A DNA stretch of 64,000 nucleotides, taken from NCBI GenBank assembly GCA_038087875.1, contig JAXLNO010004298.1:1-64000 (forward strand), written 5' to 3'. Position numbers and translations under genes: made by a program. This document shows, in pieces, positions 48,485 through 59,340 of the stretch (its first letter is position 1; the number at the start of each line of letters is the position of its first letter). The notes beneath the pieces were generated by a model. The model made no database searches. It worked only from the letters and a program-made list of their open reading frames with translations, and had not been told where the DNA came from. The stretch is from Malacoraja senta (taxonomy: Eukaryota).

Positions 48485-48977
48485 GTGAGTCCCACTTGTG
48501 GTAAACCTTTTTGGGCCCCATACCTCGGGTCGCCAACTGTTCCATATTAGCCGGGACATCCCGTATACTGAGCTAAATTGGTTTGTCCTGTACGGGACCG
48601 CTCTTGTCGTGTACTTGACTGCAAGTACTCGGGTCGAGGGGACTGTCGGGTCGGAGCGACGCGTCCGGCCCCGTGTCACCTGTCCCGACGTAGTGCAGCC
48701 CATGGAGTGCAGCAGCAGCGCCTCGCCGGTGGCCCTGTCGTTCGGTGGCCCAGTCAGCTGTCCGAACCTTCGGACCTTCGCTTACCACCGACACCACCAC
48801 CACCCCTCCTTCTCGTGGCCGATCATCGGTTCGTGAGTTGGATGGGGTGCCGGACTTTGCATGCGATGTCGCGTGCCCGGGCCAAAACTCCTCAGCTGGC
48901 CCGCCGGCTGGGCTTTGTGTGCAGTCCAGCACTCAGGGCCAACTCATCATTCACCCAGCCACAGCCGAGTCGGTCAA

Positions 48978-50362
48978 CCATATAACCATATAACCATATA
49001 ACAATTACAGCACGGAAACAGGCCATCTCGACCCTTCTAGTCCGTGCCGAACACGTATTCTCCCCTAGTCCCATATACCTGCGATCAGACCATAACCCTC
49101 CATTCCTTTCCCGTCCATATAACTATCCAATTTATTTTTAAATGATAAAAACGAACCTGCCTCCACCACCTTCACTGGAAGCTCATTCCACACAGCCACC
49201 ACTCTCTGAGTAAAGAAGTTCCCCCTCATGTTACCCCTAAACTTCTGTCCCTTAATTCTCAAGTCATGTCCCCTTGTTTGAATCTTCCCTACTCTCAGTG
49301 GGAAAAGCTTATCCACGTCAACTCTGTCTATCCCTCTCATCATTTTAAAGACCTCTATCAAGTCCCCCCTTAACCTTCTGCGCTCCAAAGAATAAAGCCC
49401 TAACTTGTTCAACCTTTCTCTGTAACTTAGTTGCTGAAACCCAGGCAACATTCTAGTAAATCTCCTCTGTACTCTCTCTATTTTGTTGACATCCTTCCTA
49501 TAATTAGGCGACCAAAATTGTACACCATACTCCAGAATTGGCCTCACCAATGCCTTGTACAATTTTAACAATACATCCCAACTTCTATACTCAATGCTCT
49601 GATTTATAAAAGCCAGCACACCAAAAGCTTTCTTTACCACCCTATCTACATGAGATTCCACTTTCAGGGAACTGTGCACAGTTATTCCAAGGTCCCTCTG
49701 TTCACCTGCATTCTTCAATTCCCTACCATTTACCATGTACGTCCTATTTTGATTTGTCCTGCCAAGATGTAGCACCTCACACTTATCAGCATTAAACTCC
49801 ATCTACCATCTTTCAGCCCACTCTTCCAACCGGCATAAATCTCTCTGTAGACTTTGAAAATCTACTTCATTATCCACAGCCCCACCTATCTTAGTATCAT
49901 CTGCATACTTACTAATCCAATTTACCACACCATCATCCAGATCATTGATGTACATGACAAACAACAGTGGACCCAACACAGATCCCTGTGGCACCCCACT
50001 AGTCACCGGCCTCCAACCTGACAAACAACCATCCACCATTACTCTCTGGCATCTCCCATTCAGCCACTGTTGAATCCATCTTGCTACTCCACCATTAATA
50101 CCCAACCATTGAACATTCTTAACCAACCTTCCGTGAGGAACCTTGTCAAAGGTCTTACTGAAGTCCATATATACAACATCCACGGCTTTACCCTCATCAA
50201 TTTCCCGAGTAACCTCTTAAAAAAATTCAAGAAGATTAGTCAAACATGACCTTCCAGGCACAAATCCATGTTGACTGTTCCTAATCAGCCCCTGTTTATC
50301 CAGATGCTTATATATATTATCTCTAAGTATCCTTTCCATTAATTTGCCCACCACTGACGTCA
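48978..50362 (-). mobile_element. CR1 LINE (duplicate of 43905-45290)
   Basis: ORFs 49065..49802 and 49803..50183. Confidence 0.93.
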
Positions 50363-50797
50363 ACGAATTGCCGTCGGGAATTTATCCCGCATTTTGACCT
50401 TTTGTCCCTTATTTGGAAGTGAGAAAGTTGTCAACCCTACATCAAACGCTCATTGTATGTTAACCCAATCATTCCGGAGATCATTCTCGTAAACTGGCTT
50501 AATTCTGTTCTTATAAATTATGGATTTGTTAATCCTCAGGAGATTTTGTGCCTCTGTGTCTCTGTCGCTGTGTTTCTGTGTCTGTATCTTAGTGTCTTTT
50601 TGTCTCTGTGTCTTTGTCTATAATTTAATTTTAGAGATACAGCGCAGAAACAGGCCCTTCGGCCCACCAGGTCCACGCCGACCAGCGATCCCCGCACATT
50701 AACATCATCCTACACCCACTGGGGATATTTTTTTTACATTTACCAAGCCAACTAACCTACAAACCTATAGGTTTTGGAGTGTGGGAGGAAACTGAAG

Positions 50798-50997
50798 NNN
50801 NNNNNNNNNNNNNNNNNNNNNNNNNNNNNNNNNNNNNNNNNNNNNNNNNNNNNNNNNNNNNNNNNNNNNNNNNNNNNNNNNNNNNNNNNNNNNNNNNNNN
50901 NNNNNNNNNNNNNNNNNNNNNNNNNNNNNNNNNNNNNNNNNNNNNNNNNNNNNNNNNNNNNNNNNNNNNNNNNNNNNNNNNNNNNNNNNNNNNNNNN
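50798..50997. other. Assembly gap (200 N)
   Basis: Run of N. Confidence 1.
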
Positions 50998-51141
50998 AAA
51001 GATGTAAAGACAACCACATATACACACACATATACTCACACATATACTCACGTACAAGATCAGACTTTTAATAAGTAAATGATGATTAGGACTTGTTGAT
51101 CATCTAAGTGATGGACCTAAAGTTTTCTGATTGTATTACAG

Positions 51142-51242
51142 TTCATTGTTGGTGAGGATGGATCCTGTGGTGTAATCTACGAACAATCTTGTGGTGAGGG
51201 TCCACCCATTGCTGCCATATTGGACCACGTTCTAGATTATTG
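51142..51242 (+). CDS. CRAT-like: Carnitine O-acetyltransferase-like exon (101 nt); catalytic His position is Gln
   Basis: tacag|FIVGEDGSCGVIYEQSCGEGPPIAAILDHVLDY|gtaaga, versus CRAT FIVAEDGSCGLVYEHAAAEGPP. Confidence 0.92.
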
Positions 51243-51319
51243 GTAAGATTTTCTTCTTATAGAGTCCGCACACAAGATTAGAAGCTGTTCAGCCAGGCAC
51301 ATCTCGGCATCTGCTACAA

Positions 51320-51720
51320 TGGAGGGGATCTTATTGAAACATATAAGACTATTAAGGGTTTGGACATGCGAGAGGCAGGAAACATGTTCCCGATGTTGGG
51401 GGAGTCCAGAACCAGGGGCCACAGTTTAAGAATAAAGGGCAAGCCATTTAGAACGGAGATGAGGAAACACTTTTTCACACAGAGAGTTGTGAGTCTGTGG
51501 AATTCTCTGCCTCAGAGGGCGGTGGAGGCCGGTTCTCTGGATACTTTCAAGAGAGAGCTAGATAGGGCTCTTGAAGATAGCGGAGTCGGGGGATATGGGG
51601 AGAAGGCTGGAACGGGGTACTGATTGTGGATGATCAGCCATGATCACATTGAATGGCGGTGCTGGCTTGAAGGGCCAAATGGCCTACTCCTACACGTATT
51701 GTCTATTGTCTACCACTGCG
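51320..51720 (+). mobile_element. CR1 3' end
   Basis: ORF 51360..51623. Confidence 0.85.
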
Positions 51721-52114
51721 CGGACGCAGTGGGGCTGAAGGCCCTGTTTCCGCGCTGTATCAATAAACTAAATTGGTCACCTTTTCCATCTTGCATGTAT
51801 AATTGTAACTCTTTCAAAAAAATGGTGCACTGCACATTGAATATAGAAAACTTATATATGTAGAAAAATACCACCAAGATAAAAAGACAAAAAGAAAAAG
51901 AAAAAAGGAAAAAACAATACCCAGCTAAACTAAAGGAAAAAAAATGGAAAAAAATAAAAAAAATAAAAATAAAAACAAAATAAACAAAAACAAAGCAAAG
52001 CAAAACAGAATCTGAACTGAGAATTTCATCAATTTAAATCTGTGAAGTTTAAATATGGTTTAATAAGTATCATCCCTGATTCAACATCTTTACTTCATAC
52101 TTTGCCTTGTGTAG

Positions 52115-52234
52115 CAAGGACCCGGATACAGTTCGAGCTCCAATGATTCCTCTGCCGCTACCCAAGAAACTTTATTTTTACATCACTCCAGAGATAAAGT
52201 GGGATATTGAGCACGCAAAACGGAACCTGGACAT
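52115..52234 (+). CDS. CRAT-like: CRAT-like exon (120 nt)
   Basis: gtag|KDPDTVRAPMIPLPLPKKLYFYITPEIKWDIEHAKRNLD|gtgagt. Confidence 0.92.
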
Positions 52235-52328
52235 GTGAGTATTATTGTGGCTACTTGTGTGAATCAGCTCGACTACATACAGGTGTCTAACAAAGGCCCA
52301 GTATTTAACTCCTAAAGTATGTCAGTCA

Positions 52329-53005
52329 TAGGGTTGCCAACTGTCCCGTATTAGCCGGGACATTTCAAGAGAGAGTCGCTTTCAAGAGAGAGCTAGATAG
52401 GGCTCTTAAAAATAGCGGAGTCAGGGGATATGGGGAGAAGGCAGGAATGGGGTACTGATTGGGGATGATCAGCCATGATCACATTGAATGGCGGTGCTGG
52501 CTCGAAGGGCCTATTGGCCTACTATTGTCTATTGTCTATTGACATCCTGTATTTTGGGCTAAATTGGTTTGTCCCGCACGGGACCGCCCTTGTCCCGTAT
52601 TTGACTGCTACTACTCGGGTCGAGGGGACTGTCGGGTCGGAGCGCCGCGTCTGGCCCCGCCTCACCCGTCCCAACGTAGTGCAGCCCATGGAGTGCAGCA
52701 GCAGCGCCTCGCCGGTGGCCCCATTGGTCGGTCGGCAGCCCGGCCAGATGTCCGACCTTCGGACCTTCGCTTACCACCACCACCCCTCCTTTTCATGGCC
52801 GATCATCGGTTCATGAGTTGGATGGGGCGCCGGACTTTGCGGCCCCCGGGCCAAAACTCCTCAGCTGGCCCGCCGACTGGGCTTTGTGTGTAGTCGGTGG
52901 GCCTCGGCCAGCCACGGCCGAGTCGGGCAACGAATTGCCGTCTGGGAATTTGTCCCGTATTTTGACCTTTTGCCCCGTATTTGGGAGTGAGAAAGTTGGC
53001 AACCC
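52329..53005. mobile_element. hAT-like MITE with a nested CR1 tail
   Basis: tagggttgcca at 52329, tggcaacccta at about 52997; CR1 tail at 52365-52545. Confidence 0.75.
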
Positions 53006-53114
53006 TAATGAGTCATTCAGCAGAAACTACATCATCATAGAAAATAGAAAGGTGTAGCACAGGAACAGGCCCTTCGGCCCACATTGTCTGTACCGAACAT
53101 GATGCCAAGACCAA

Positions 53115-53415
53115 GGGGCGGCACAGAGGCGCAACAGTAGAATCGCAGCATCACAGCGGCAGAGACACAGGTTCAATCCAGACTATGGGTGCTGTCTGTG
53201 AGGAGTTTGTACATTCTCCCTGTGACCAGCGTAGGTTTTCTCCGGTTTCCTCCCGCACTCCAAAGTCATGCAGGTGTGTATGTTAATTGGCTCTGGTATA
53301 ATTGTTCAATTGTCCCAAGTGTGTTGGTTAGTGCTAGTGTATGGGGTGATGGCTGGTTGGCGGGGACTCGGTGGGCTGAAGGGCCTGTTTCCGCGCTGTA
53401 TCTCTAAACTCTAAA
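53115..53415 (+). mobile_element. HE1-like V-SINE
   Basis: SINE head, V-domain-like body and ctaaact tail. Confidence 0.7.
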
Positions 53416-53439
53416 ATTGAAACGATGTCTCTGTTCCAG

Positions 53440-53562
53440 TTTAGTCAACGACCTGGACATCAGCTGCTTCACGTACAGAAACTTTGGAAAAGACTTCCCC
53501 AAAAAACATGGCATAAGCCCGGACTCGTTTGTCCAGATGGCTCTTCAGTTGGCCTACTTCAG
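53440..53562 (+). CDS. CRAT-like: CRAT-like exon (123 nt)
   Basis: ttccag|VNDLDISCFTYRNFGKDFPKKHGISPDSFVQMALQLAYF|gtatgt. Confidence 0.95.
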
Positions 53563-53577
53563 GTATGTACTCTGGGA

Positions 53578-54475
53578 AGGGTTGCCAACTCTCTCACTCC
53601 CAAATAAGGGACAGAAGGTCAAAATACGGGACAAATTCCCAACGGCAATTCATTGACTGACTCGGCCGTGGCTGGGTGAATGATGAGTTGGCCCGAGTGC
53701 TGGACTGCACACAAAGACCAGCCGGCTGGGCCAGCTGAGAAGTTTTGGCCCGGGGGCCGCGCGCAAAGTCCAGCACTCCATCCAACTCATGAACCGATGA
53801 TCGACCATGAGAAGGAAGGGTGGTGGTGGTGTCGGCGGTAAGCGAAGGTCCGAAGGTCCGACAGCTTGCCGGGCTGCCGACCGACGGGGCCACGGGCGAG
53901 GCGCTGCTGCTGCTGCAATCCATGGGCTGTACTACGTCGGGACGGGTGAGGCGGGGCCGGACGCGGTGCTCTGACCCGACAGTCCCCTCGATCAGTCAAA
54001 TACAGGGCAAGGGCAGTCCCGTACGGGACAAACAAATTTAGCCCAAAATATAGATACATAGATACATAGAAAATAGGTGCAGGAGTAGGCCATTCGGCCC
54101 TTCGAGCCTGCACCGTCATTCAATATGATCATGGCTGATCATCCAACTCAGTATCCCGTACCTGCCTTCTCTCCATACCCCCTGTTCCCTTTAGCCACAA
54201 GGGCCACATCTAACTCCCTCTTAAATATAGCCAATGAACTGGCCTCAACTACCCTCTGTGGCAGAGAGTTCCAGAGATTCACCACTCTCTGTGTGAAAAA
54301 GTTTTTCCTCATCTCGGTCTTAAAGGATTTCCCTTTATCCTTAAGCTGTGACCCCTTGTCCTGGACTTCCCCAACATCGGGAACAATCTTCCTGCATCTA
54401 GCCTGTCCAACCCCATAAGAATTTTGTACGTTTCTATAAGATCCCCTCTCAATCTCCTAAATTCTAGCGAGATAT
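53578..54475. mobile_element. hAT-like MITE followed by a CR1 3' end (minus)
   Basis: agggttgcca at 53578; CR1 tail (ATAGAAA/ATAGATAC) from about 54050. Confidence 0.75.
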
Positions 54476-54824
54476 GGGATGTCCCGGCTCTGTGTTCGAA
54501 TATTTGTCCCCTCAGCTTGTAACATTCCTCTTATTATCCAGGCTGCACAAACTCCCGAGGTAGAGAATTCCAGGGTTTCACCACTCTCTGTGAAAATAAA
54601 GTTCTACGCAGCACTGTTTTAAAATGAGTGGTCCTAATATTGTTGTAGATCAAACAGTATTGCTGATTTGATCCATCTGGTTTTGCTGCTGATGACCTGA
54701 TCCATAATCCATATCACGTTTCCCATACCACTGCCAGCTCGTGCATGCACAGCCATGTGGAGTTTTAGATTTAACTTACATTCAGAGCCTCCAGTACTCA
54801 TCTCGATGGCCTCTGTATGTATAT

Positions 54825-55320
54825 ATTCTTGCTATTGAGGGAGTGCAGCGTAGGTTCACAAGGTTAATTCCCAGAATGGTGGGACTGTCATATGCTGAGA
54901 GAATGGAGCGGCTGGGCTTGTATACTCTGGAATTTAGAAGGATGAGAGGGGATCCTATTGAGACATAGAAGATTATTAAGGGTTTGGACACGCTGGAGGC
55001 AGGAAACATGTTCCCGATGTTGGGGGAGTCCAGAACCAGGGGCCACAGTTTAAGAATAAGGGGTAAGCCATTTAGAACGGAGATGAGGAAACACTTTTTC
55101 ACACACAGAGTGGTGGGTCTGTGGAATTCTCTGCCTCAGAGGGCGGTGGAGGCTGGTTCTCTGGATACATTCAAGAGAGAGCTAGATAGGGCTCTTAAAG
55201 AGGGATATGGGGAGAAGGCAGGAACGGGGTACTGATTGGAGATGATCAGCCATGATCACATTGAATGGTGGTGCTGGCTCGAAGGGCCAAATGGCCTATT
55301 GTCTATTGTCTATTGTGTAC
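54825..55320 (+). mobile_element. CR1 3' end
   Basis: ORFs 54741..54968 and 54984..55235. Confidence 0.85.
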
Positions 55321-55425
55321 AAATTAAAGTACTTTTGAGTTGGAGTGAAGCTGGGATCACTGCCTTATGGCCCTTTTATAGTCTTTTCCCCTATTATATT
55401 CTTTTCTCTTTGCGACCACTTTTAG

Positions 55426-55561
55426 AATGTACAAGGAGCTGTGTTCTGCTTGCGAGACTGTTTCACTGAGGAACTTTCATTTGGGGCGCACAGATGTGGT
55501 ACGATCCTCGTCCACAGATTCCTTGGAGTTTGTGGAAAGCATGGACAATGAAAAAATTGAG
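55426..55561 (+). CDS. CRAT-like: CRAT-like exon (136 nt)
   Basis: tttag|MYKELCSACETVSLRNFHLGRTDVVRSSSTDSLEFVESMDNEKIE|gtaatt. Confidence 0.93.
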
Positions 55562-55619
55562 GTAATTCGTCCTTGGAAGTTCACAAGAAATATAACGTCT
55601 CCCCAACAACTAACTTGAC

Positions 55620-56530
55620 GAGGATGTTGCCAGGACTCGAGGGTGTGAGCTACAGGGAGAGGTTGAGCAGGCTGTGGACTCTATTCCTTGGAGCGCAGGA
55701 GGATGAGGGGTGATCTTATAGAGATGTATAAAATCATGAGAGGAATAGATCGTGTTGACGCACACAGTCTCTTGCCCAGAGTAGGCGAATCGAGGACCAG
55801 AGGACATGCAGTACCTTTAAGGTGAAGGGCGAAAGATTTAATAGGAATCTGAGGGGTGACTTTTTCACATAAAGGGTGGTGGGTGTGTGGAACAAGCTGC
55901 CAGAGGACGTAGTTGAGGCTGGGACTATTGCAACAAAAAAAAAACGATTATAAATGTACATGGATAGGACAGGTAGACACAATGCTGGAGTAACTCAGCG
56001 GGACAGGCAGCATCTCTGGAGAGAAGGAATGGGTGACATTTCGGGTCGAGACCCTTCTTCAGACTGAAATTTGGATAGGACAGGTTTGGAGGGATATGGA
56101 GCAAACACAGGCGGGTGGGACTAGTGTAGATGGGGCATGTAGGTCATCGTGGGCAAGTTGGGCCAAATGAGCCTGTTTCCACGCTGTATGACTCGATGAC
56201 TAACATTGTCTATTTTTAAGTCATTGACCATGGTGGCACAGTTGTGAGCTGGCTCACAGCGCCAGATACCGGGTTCGATCCTGACCTCGGGTGCTGTGTG
56301 TGCAGAGTTTGCACGTTCTCCCCGTGACCGGGTGGGTTTTCTCTGGGTGCTCCGGTTTCCTCCCACATCCCGAAGACGTGTGGGTTTGTAGGTTAATTGT
56401 CTCATTTAAATTTCCCCTAGTGTGTAAGATGCGGAACTGGGATAACTTAGAACTAGTGTGAATCGATGGTCGGTGTGGACTTGGTGGGCCGAAGGGCCTG
56501 TTTCCATGCTGTATCTGTAAACTAAACTAA
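55620..56530 (+). mobile_element. CR1 3' end with a Penelope insert, then a V-SINE
   Basis: CR1 at 55620-56200; SINE at 56228-56530. Confidence 0.7.
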
Positions 56531-56680
56531 AGAGGCCAGCATTACTGCTCTGATCAGCTTTTACAGTCAGCAACGAGACATTTAGTTCTAAAACAAATAA
56601 TAGCAAATATTTTTTTTTCCAACAGTATTGCGTTTCACTATAATTAACACTGTATCGTTCCACCCCCCTCACCCTCTCAG

Positions 56681-56743
56681 GCAAACCAGAAGGTTGCGGC
56701 ATTGAGGAGAGCTATTGACTGCCACAGCGCATACACCGACATG
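56681..56743 (+). CDS. CRAT-like: CRAT-like exon (63 nt)
   Basis: ctctcag|ANQKVAALRRAIDCHSAYTDM|gtaagg. Confidence 0.9.
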
Positions 56744-56814
56744 GTAAGGAAAGATCAGGGTGACCTGCACAAAGTGCTGGAGTAACACAACGGATCCGGC
56801 AGTGTCTCTCCAGT

Positions 56815-57325
56815 AGGTTTACAAGGTTAATCCCCGGGATGGCGGGACTGTCATATGCTGAGAGAATTGAGCGGCTGGGCTTGTATACTCTGGAGTTTAG
56901 AAGGATGAGAGGGAATCTTATTGAAACATATAAAGTTATTAAGGGTTTGGACACGCTAGAGGCAGGAAATGTGTTCCCGATGTTGGGGGAGTCCAGAACC
57001 AGGGGAATGTGAGCAGGGAAAGATTTAATGTGAACCTGTGCATAATTAAGAATAGGGAGTAAGACATTTAGAACGGAGATGAGAAAACACTTTTTCACAC
57101 AGAGTTGTGAGTTTATGGAATTCTCTGCCTCAGAGGCCGGTTCTCTGGATACTTTCAATAGAGAGCTTGATAGGGTTCTTAAAGATAGCGGAGTCAGGGG
57201 ATATGGGGAGAAGGCAGGAACGGGGTACTGATTGGGGATGATCAGCCATGATCACATTGAATGGCTGTGCTGGCTCGAAGGGCTGAATGGCCTACTCCTG
57301 CACCTATTGTCTATTGCCTATTGTC
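56815..57325 (+). mobile_element. CR1 3' end
   Basis: ttaatccccgggatggcgggactgtcatatg...attgtctattg. Confidence 0.85.
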
Positions 57326-57386
57326 AAAATCTTGTATAAACCTGCAACTGCGGCCCTCAAATAAATCTGTTTTGTTCTCCTCACAG

Positions 57387-57524
57387 ACACTGAAAGGCTT
57401 GGCAATTGACAGGCACCTGTTGGGCCTGAAGCTGCAGGCTATCGAGGAAGGGCTGAGCGTGCCAGAAATCTTCATGGACACATCGTTCGCCGTGGCCACT
57501 CACTGGAGGCTCTCGACGGGACAG
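57387..57524 (+). CDS. CRAT-like: CRAT-like exon (138 nt)
   Basis: cacag|TLKGLAIDRHLLGLKLQAIEEGLSVPEIFMDTSFAVATHWRLSTGQ|gtcaag. Confidence 0.95.
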
Positions 57525-57555
57525 GTCAAGCCATGTCAACTTTATTTGTCACGAA

Positions 57556-57785
57556 AGGGCCCGTCCCACTTGCCGAATTCTTTTCGGCGACTGCTGGCGT
57601 CGTATCAGTGTCGCCGAAAGATTTTGAACATTTCAAAATCCAGCAACGACAAAAAGAATGTTGCGACACTTGAAAAATCACCTCGTGTCAATACGTAATC
57701 GCGCCACAAATTTTTCGGTGGCCTGATACGTCAGTCAATGATGCCGGCAGTCGCCGAAAAAAATCACCAAGTGGGACAGGCCCAT
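57556..57785. mobile_element. Harbinger-like MITE
   Basis: gggcccgtcccactt ... aagtgggacaggccc TIRs. Confidence 0.7.
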
Positions 57786-57829
57786 TGCACATACAAGATG
57801 TACAGTGAAATGAAACAATGAGATGTACA

Positions 57830-59085
57830 ATGCCTGCGGTGCTGGCTCGAAGGGTCAAATGGCCTACTGCTGCAACTATTGTCTATTGATTGTGCAAAAG
57901 AACAGAACAGAACCGAACCAGTATTTACATTAAAAAAAAAAAAGATTTTAAGTATTTACAGTATTTATGCCCTAGTGAGATCAGAGTTTACAGTCCTGAT
58001 GGCCTGTGGGAAGAAACTCCGTCTCATTCTCTCTGTTTTCGCAGAGTGACAGCGGAGGCGCTTGCCTGACCGTAGCAGCTGGAACAGTCTGTTGCTGGGG
58101 TGGTAGGGGTCCCCCATAATGTTGCTGGCTCTGGATCTGCACCTCCTGGTGTATAGGTCCTGCAGGGGGGGGGGCAGTGTAGTTCCCGTGGTGTGTTCGG
58201 CCGAACGCACTACTCTCTGCAGAGCCTTCCTGTCCCATCTGCCTAACCAGATAGAGATGTTTTCGGTCAGGATACTTTCTACAGCACCAGAGTAGAAGGA
58301 TTGAAAGATTCTCAGAGAAACTCCTGGTTCAGGACTCCCCCAACATTGGGAACATGTTTCCTGCCTCTAGCGTGTCCAAACCCTTAATTTGGTCCATATC
58401 CCTCCAAACTCGTCACTTGCATCTGGGGTTTTTCGTTGCAATTTGGTAAAAAGAAATGGTGCTGAATTCAGGTGCGGTACCTAATTATATGTTGAACGTC
58501 CTTCTGCAGTTGTACAGGGCCCTAGTATGACCACACCTGGAGTATTGTGTGCAGTTTTGGTCGCCTAATTTGAGGAAGGACATTCTTGCTATTGAGGGTG
58601 TGCAGCGTAGGTTTACAAGGTTGATTCCCGGGATGGCGGGACTGTCATATGCTGAGAGAATTGAACGGCTGGGCTTGTATACGCTGGAATTTAGAAGGAT
58701 GAGAGGGAATCTTATTGAAACATATAAGATTATTAAGGGTTTGGACACGCTAGAGGCAGGAAACATGTTCCGAATGTTGGAGAAGTCCAGAACCAGGGCC
58801 ACAGTTTAATAATAAGGGGTAAGCCATTTAGAACGGAGATGAGGAAACACACTTTCACACAGAGTTGTGAGTCTGTGGAATTCTCTGCCGAGAGGGTGGT
58901 GGAGGCCGGTTCTCTGGATACTTTCAGGAGAGAGCGAGATAGGGCTCTTAAAGACAGCGGAGTCGGGGGATATGGGGAGAAGGCAGGAACGGGGTAATGA
59001 TTGTGGATGATCAGCCGTGATCACATTGAATGGCGGTGCTGGCTCGAAGGGCCGAATGGCCTACTCCTGCACCTATTGTCTATTG
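57830..59085. mobile_element. Rex1 fragment (minus, 57830-58320) and CR1 fragments (58320-59085)
   Basis: ORF 57965..58210 LFQLLRSGKRLR...SFFPQAIR; ORF 58549..58809. Confidence 0.8.
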
Positions 59086-59124
59086 AATGGGTGTTCTTAA
59101 TGTGAGACCCTTTCCCTTTCACAG

Positions 59125-59340
59125 GTCTCCGCCAGAGCTGACTGTGTGATGTGCTTCGGCCCAATGGAGCCAGACGGATATGGGGTCTGGTACAACCCTT
59201 TGGAAGATCACATCAATTTCTCCGTCTCTGCCTTCAACTGCTGTGAGGAGACGAACGCGGAATGGTTCTCCAAGTCGCTGGAGACGGCCCTCTCCGACAT
59301 GCACAGCTTGGTCTTGGGAGCAACCGGTCAGACCGCGTAG
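59125..59340 (+). CDS. CRAT-like: CRAT-like terminal exon (216 nt)
   Basis: cacag|VSARADCVMCFGPMEPDGYGVWYNPLEDHINFSVSAFNCCEETNA...GATGQTA*. Confidence 0.95.
   Translation, partial: VSARADCVMCFGPMEPDGYGVWYNPLEDHINFSVSAFNCCEETNAEWFSKSLETALSDMHSLVLGATGQTA

Larger units (their letters stand above)
46778..50797. repeat. Segmental duplication copy 2, truncated by a gap
   Basis: Matches 41703-45722 up to the N run. Confidence 0.95.

Noticed and set aside
55426-55561. Choline acetyltransferase identity for the acyltransferase gene
   Set aside because: It has GRTD (carnitine-type Thr) rather than the ChAT GRVD, and the exon pattern and sequence are CRAT-like
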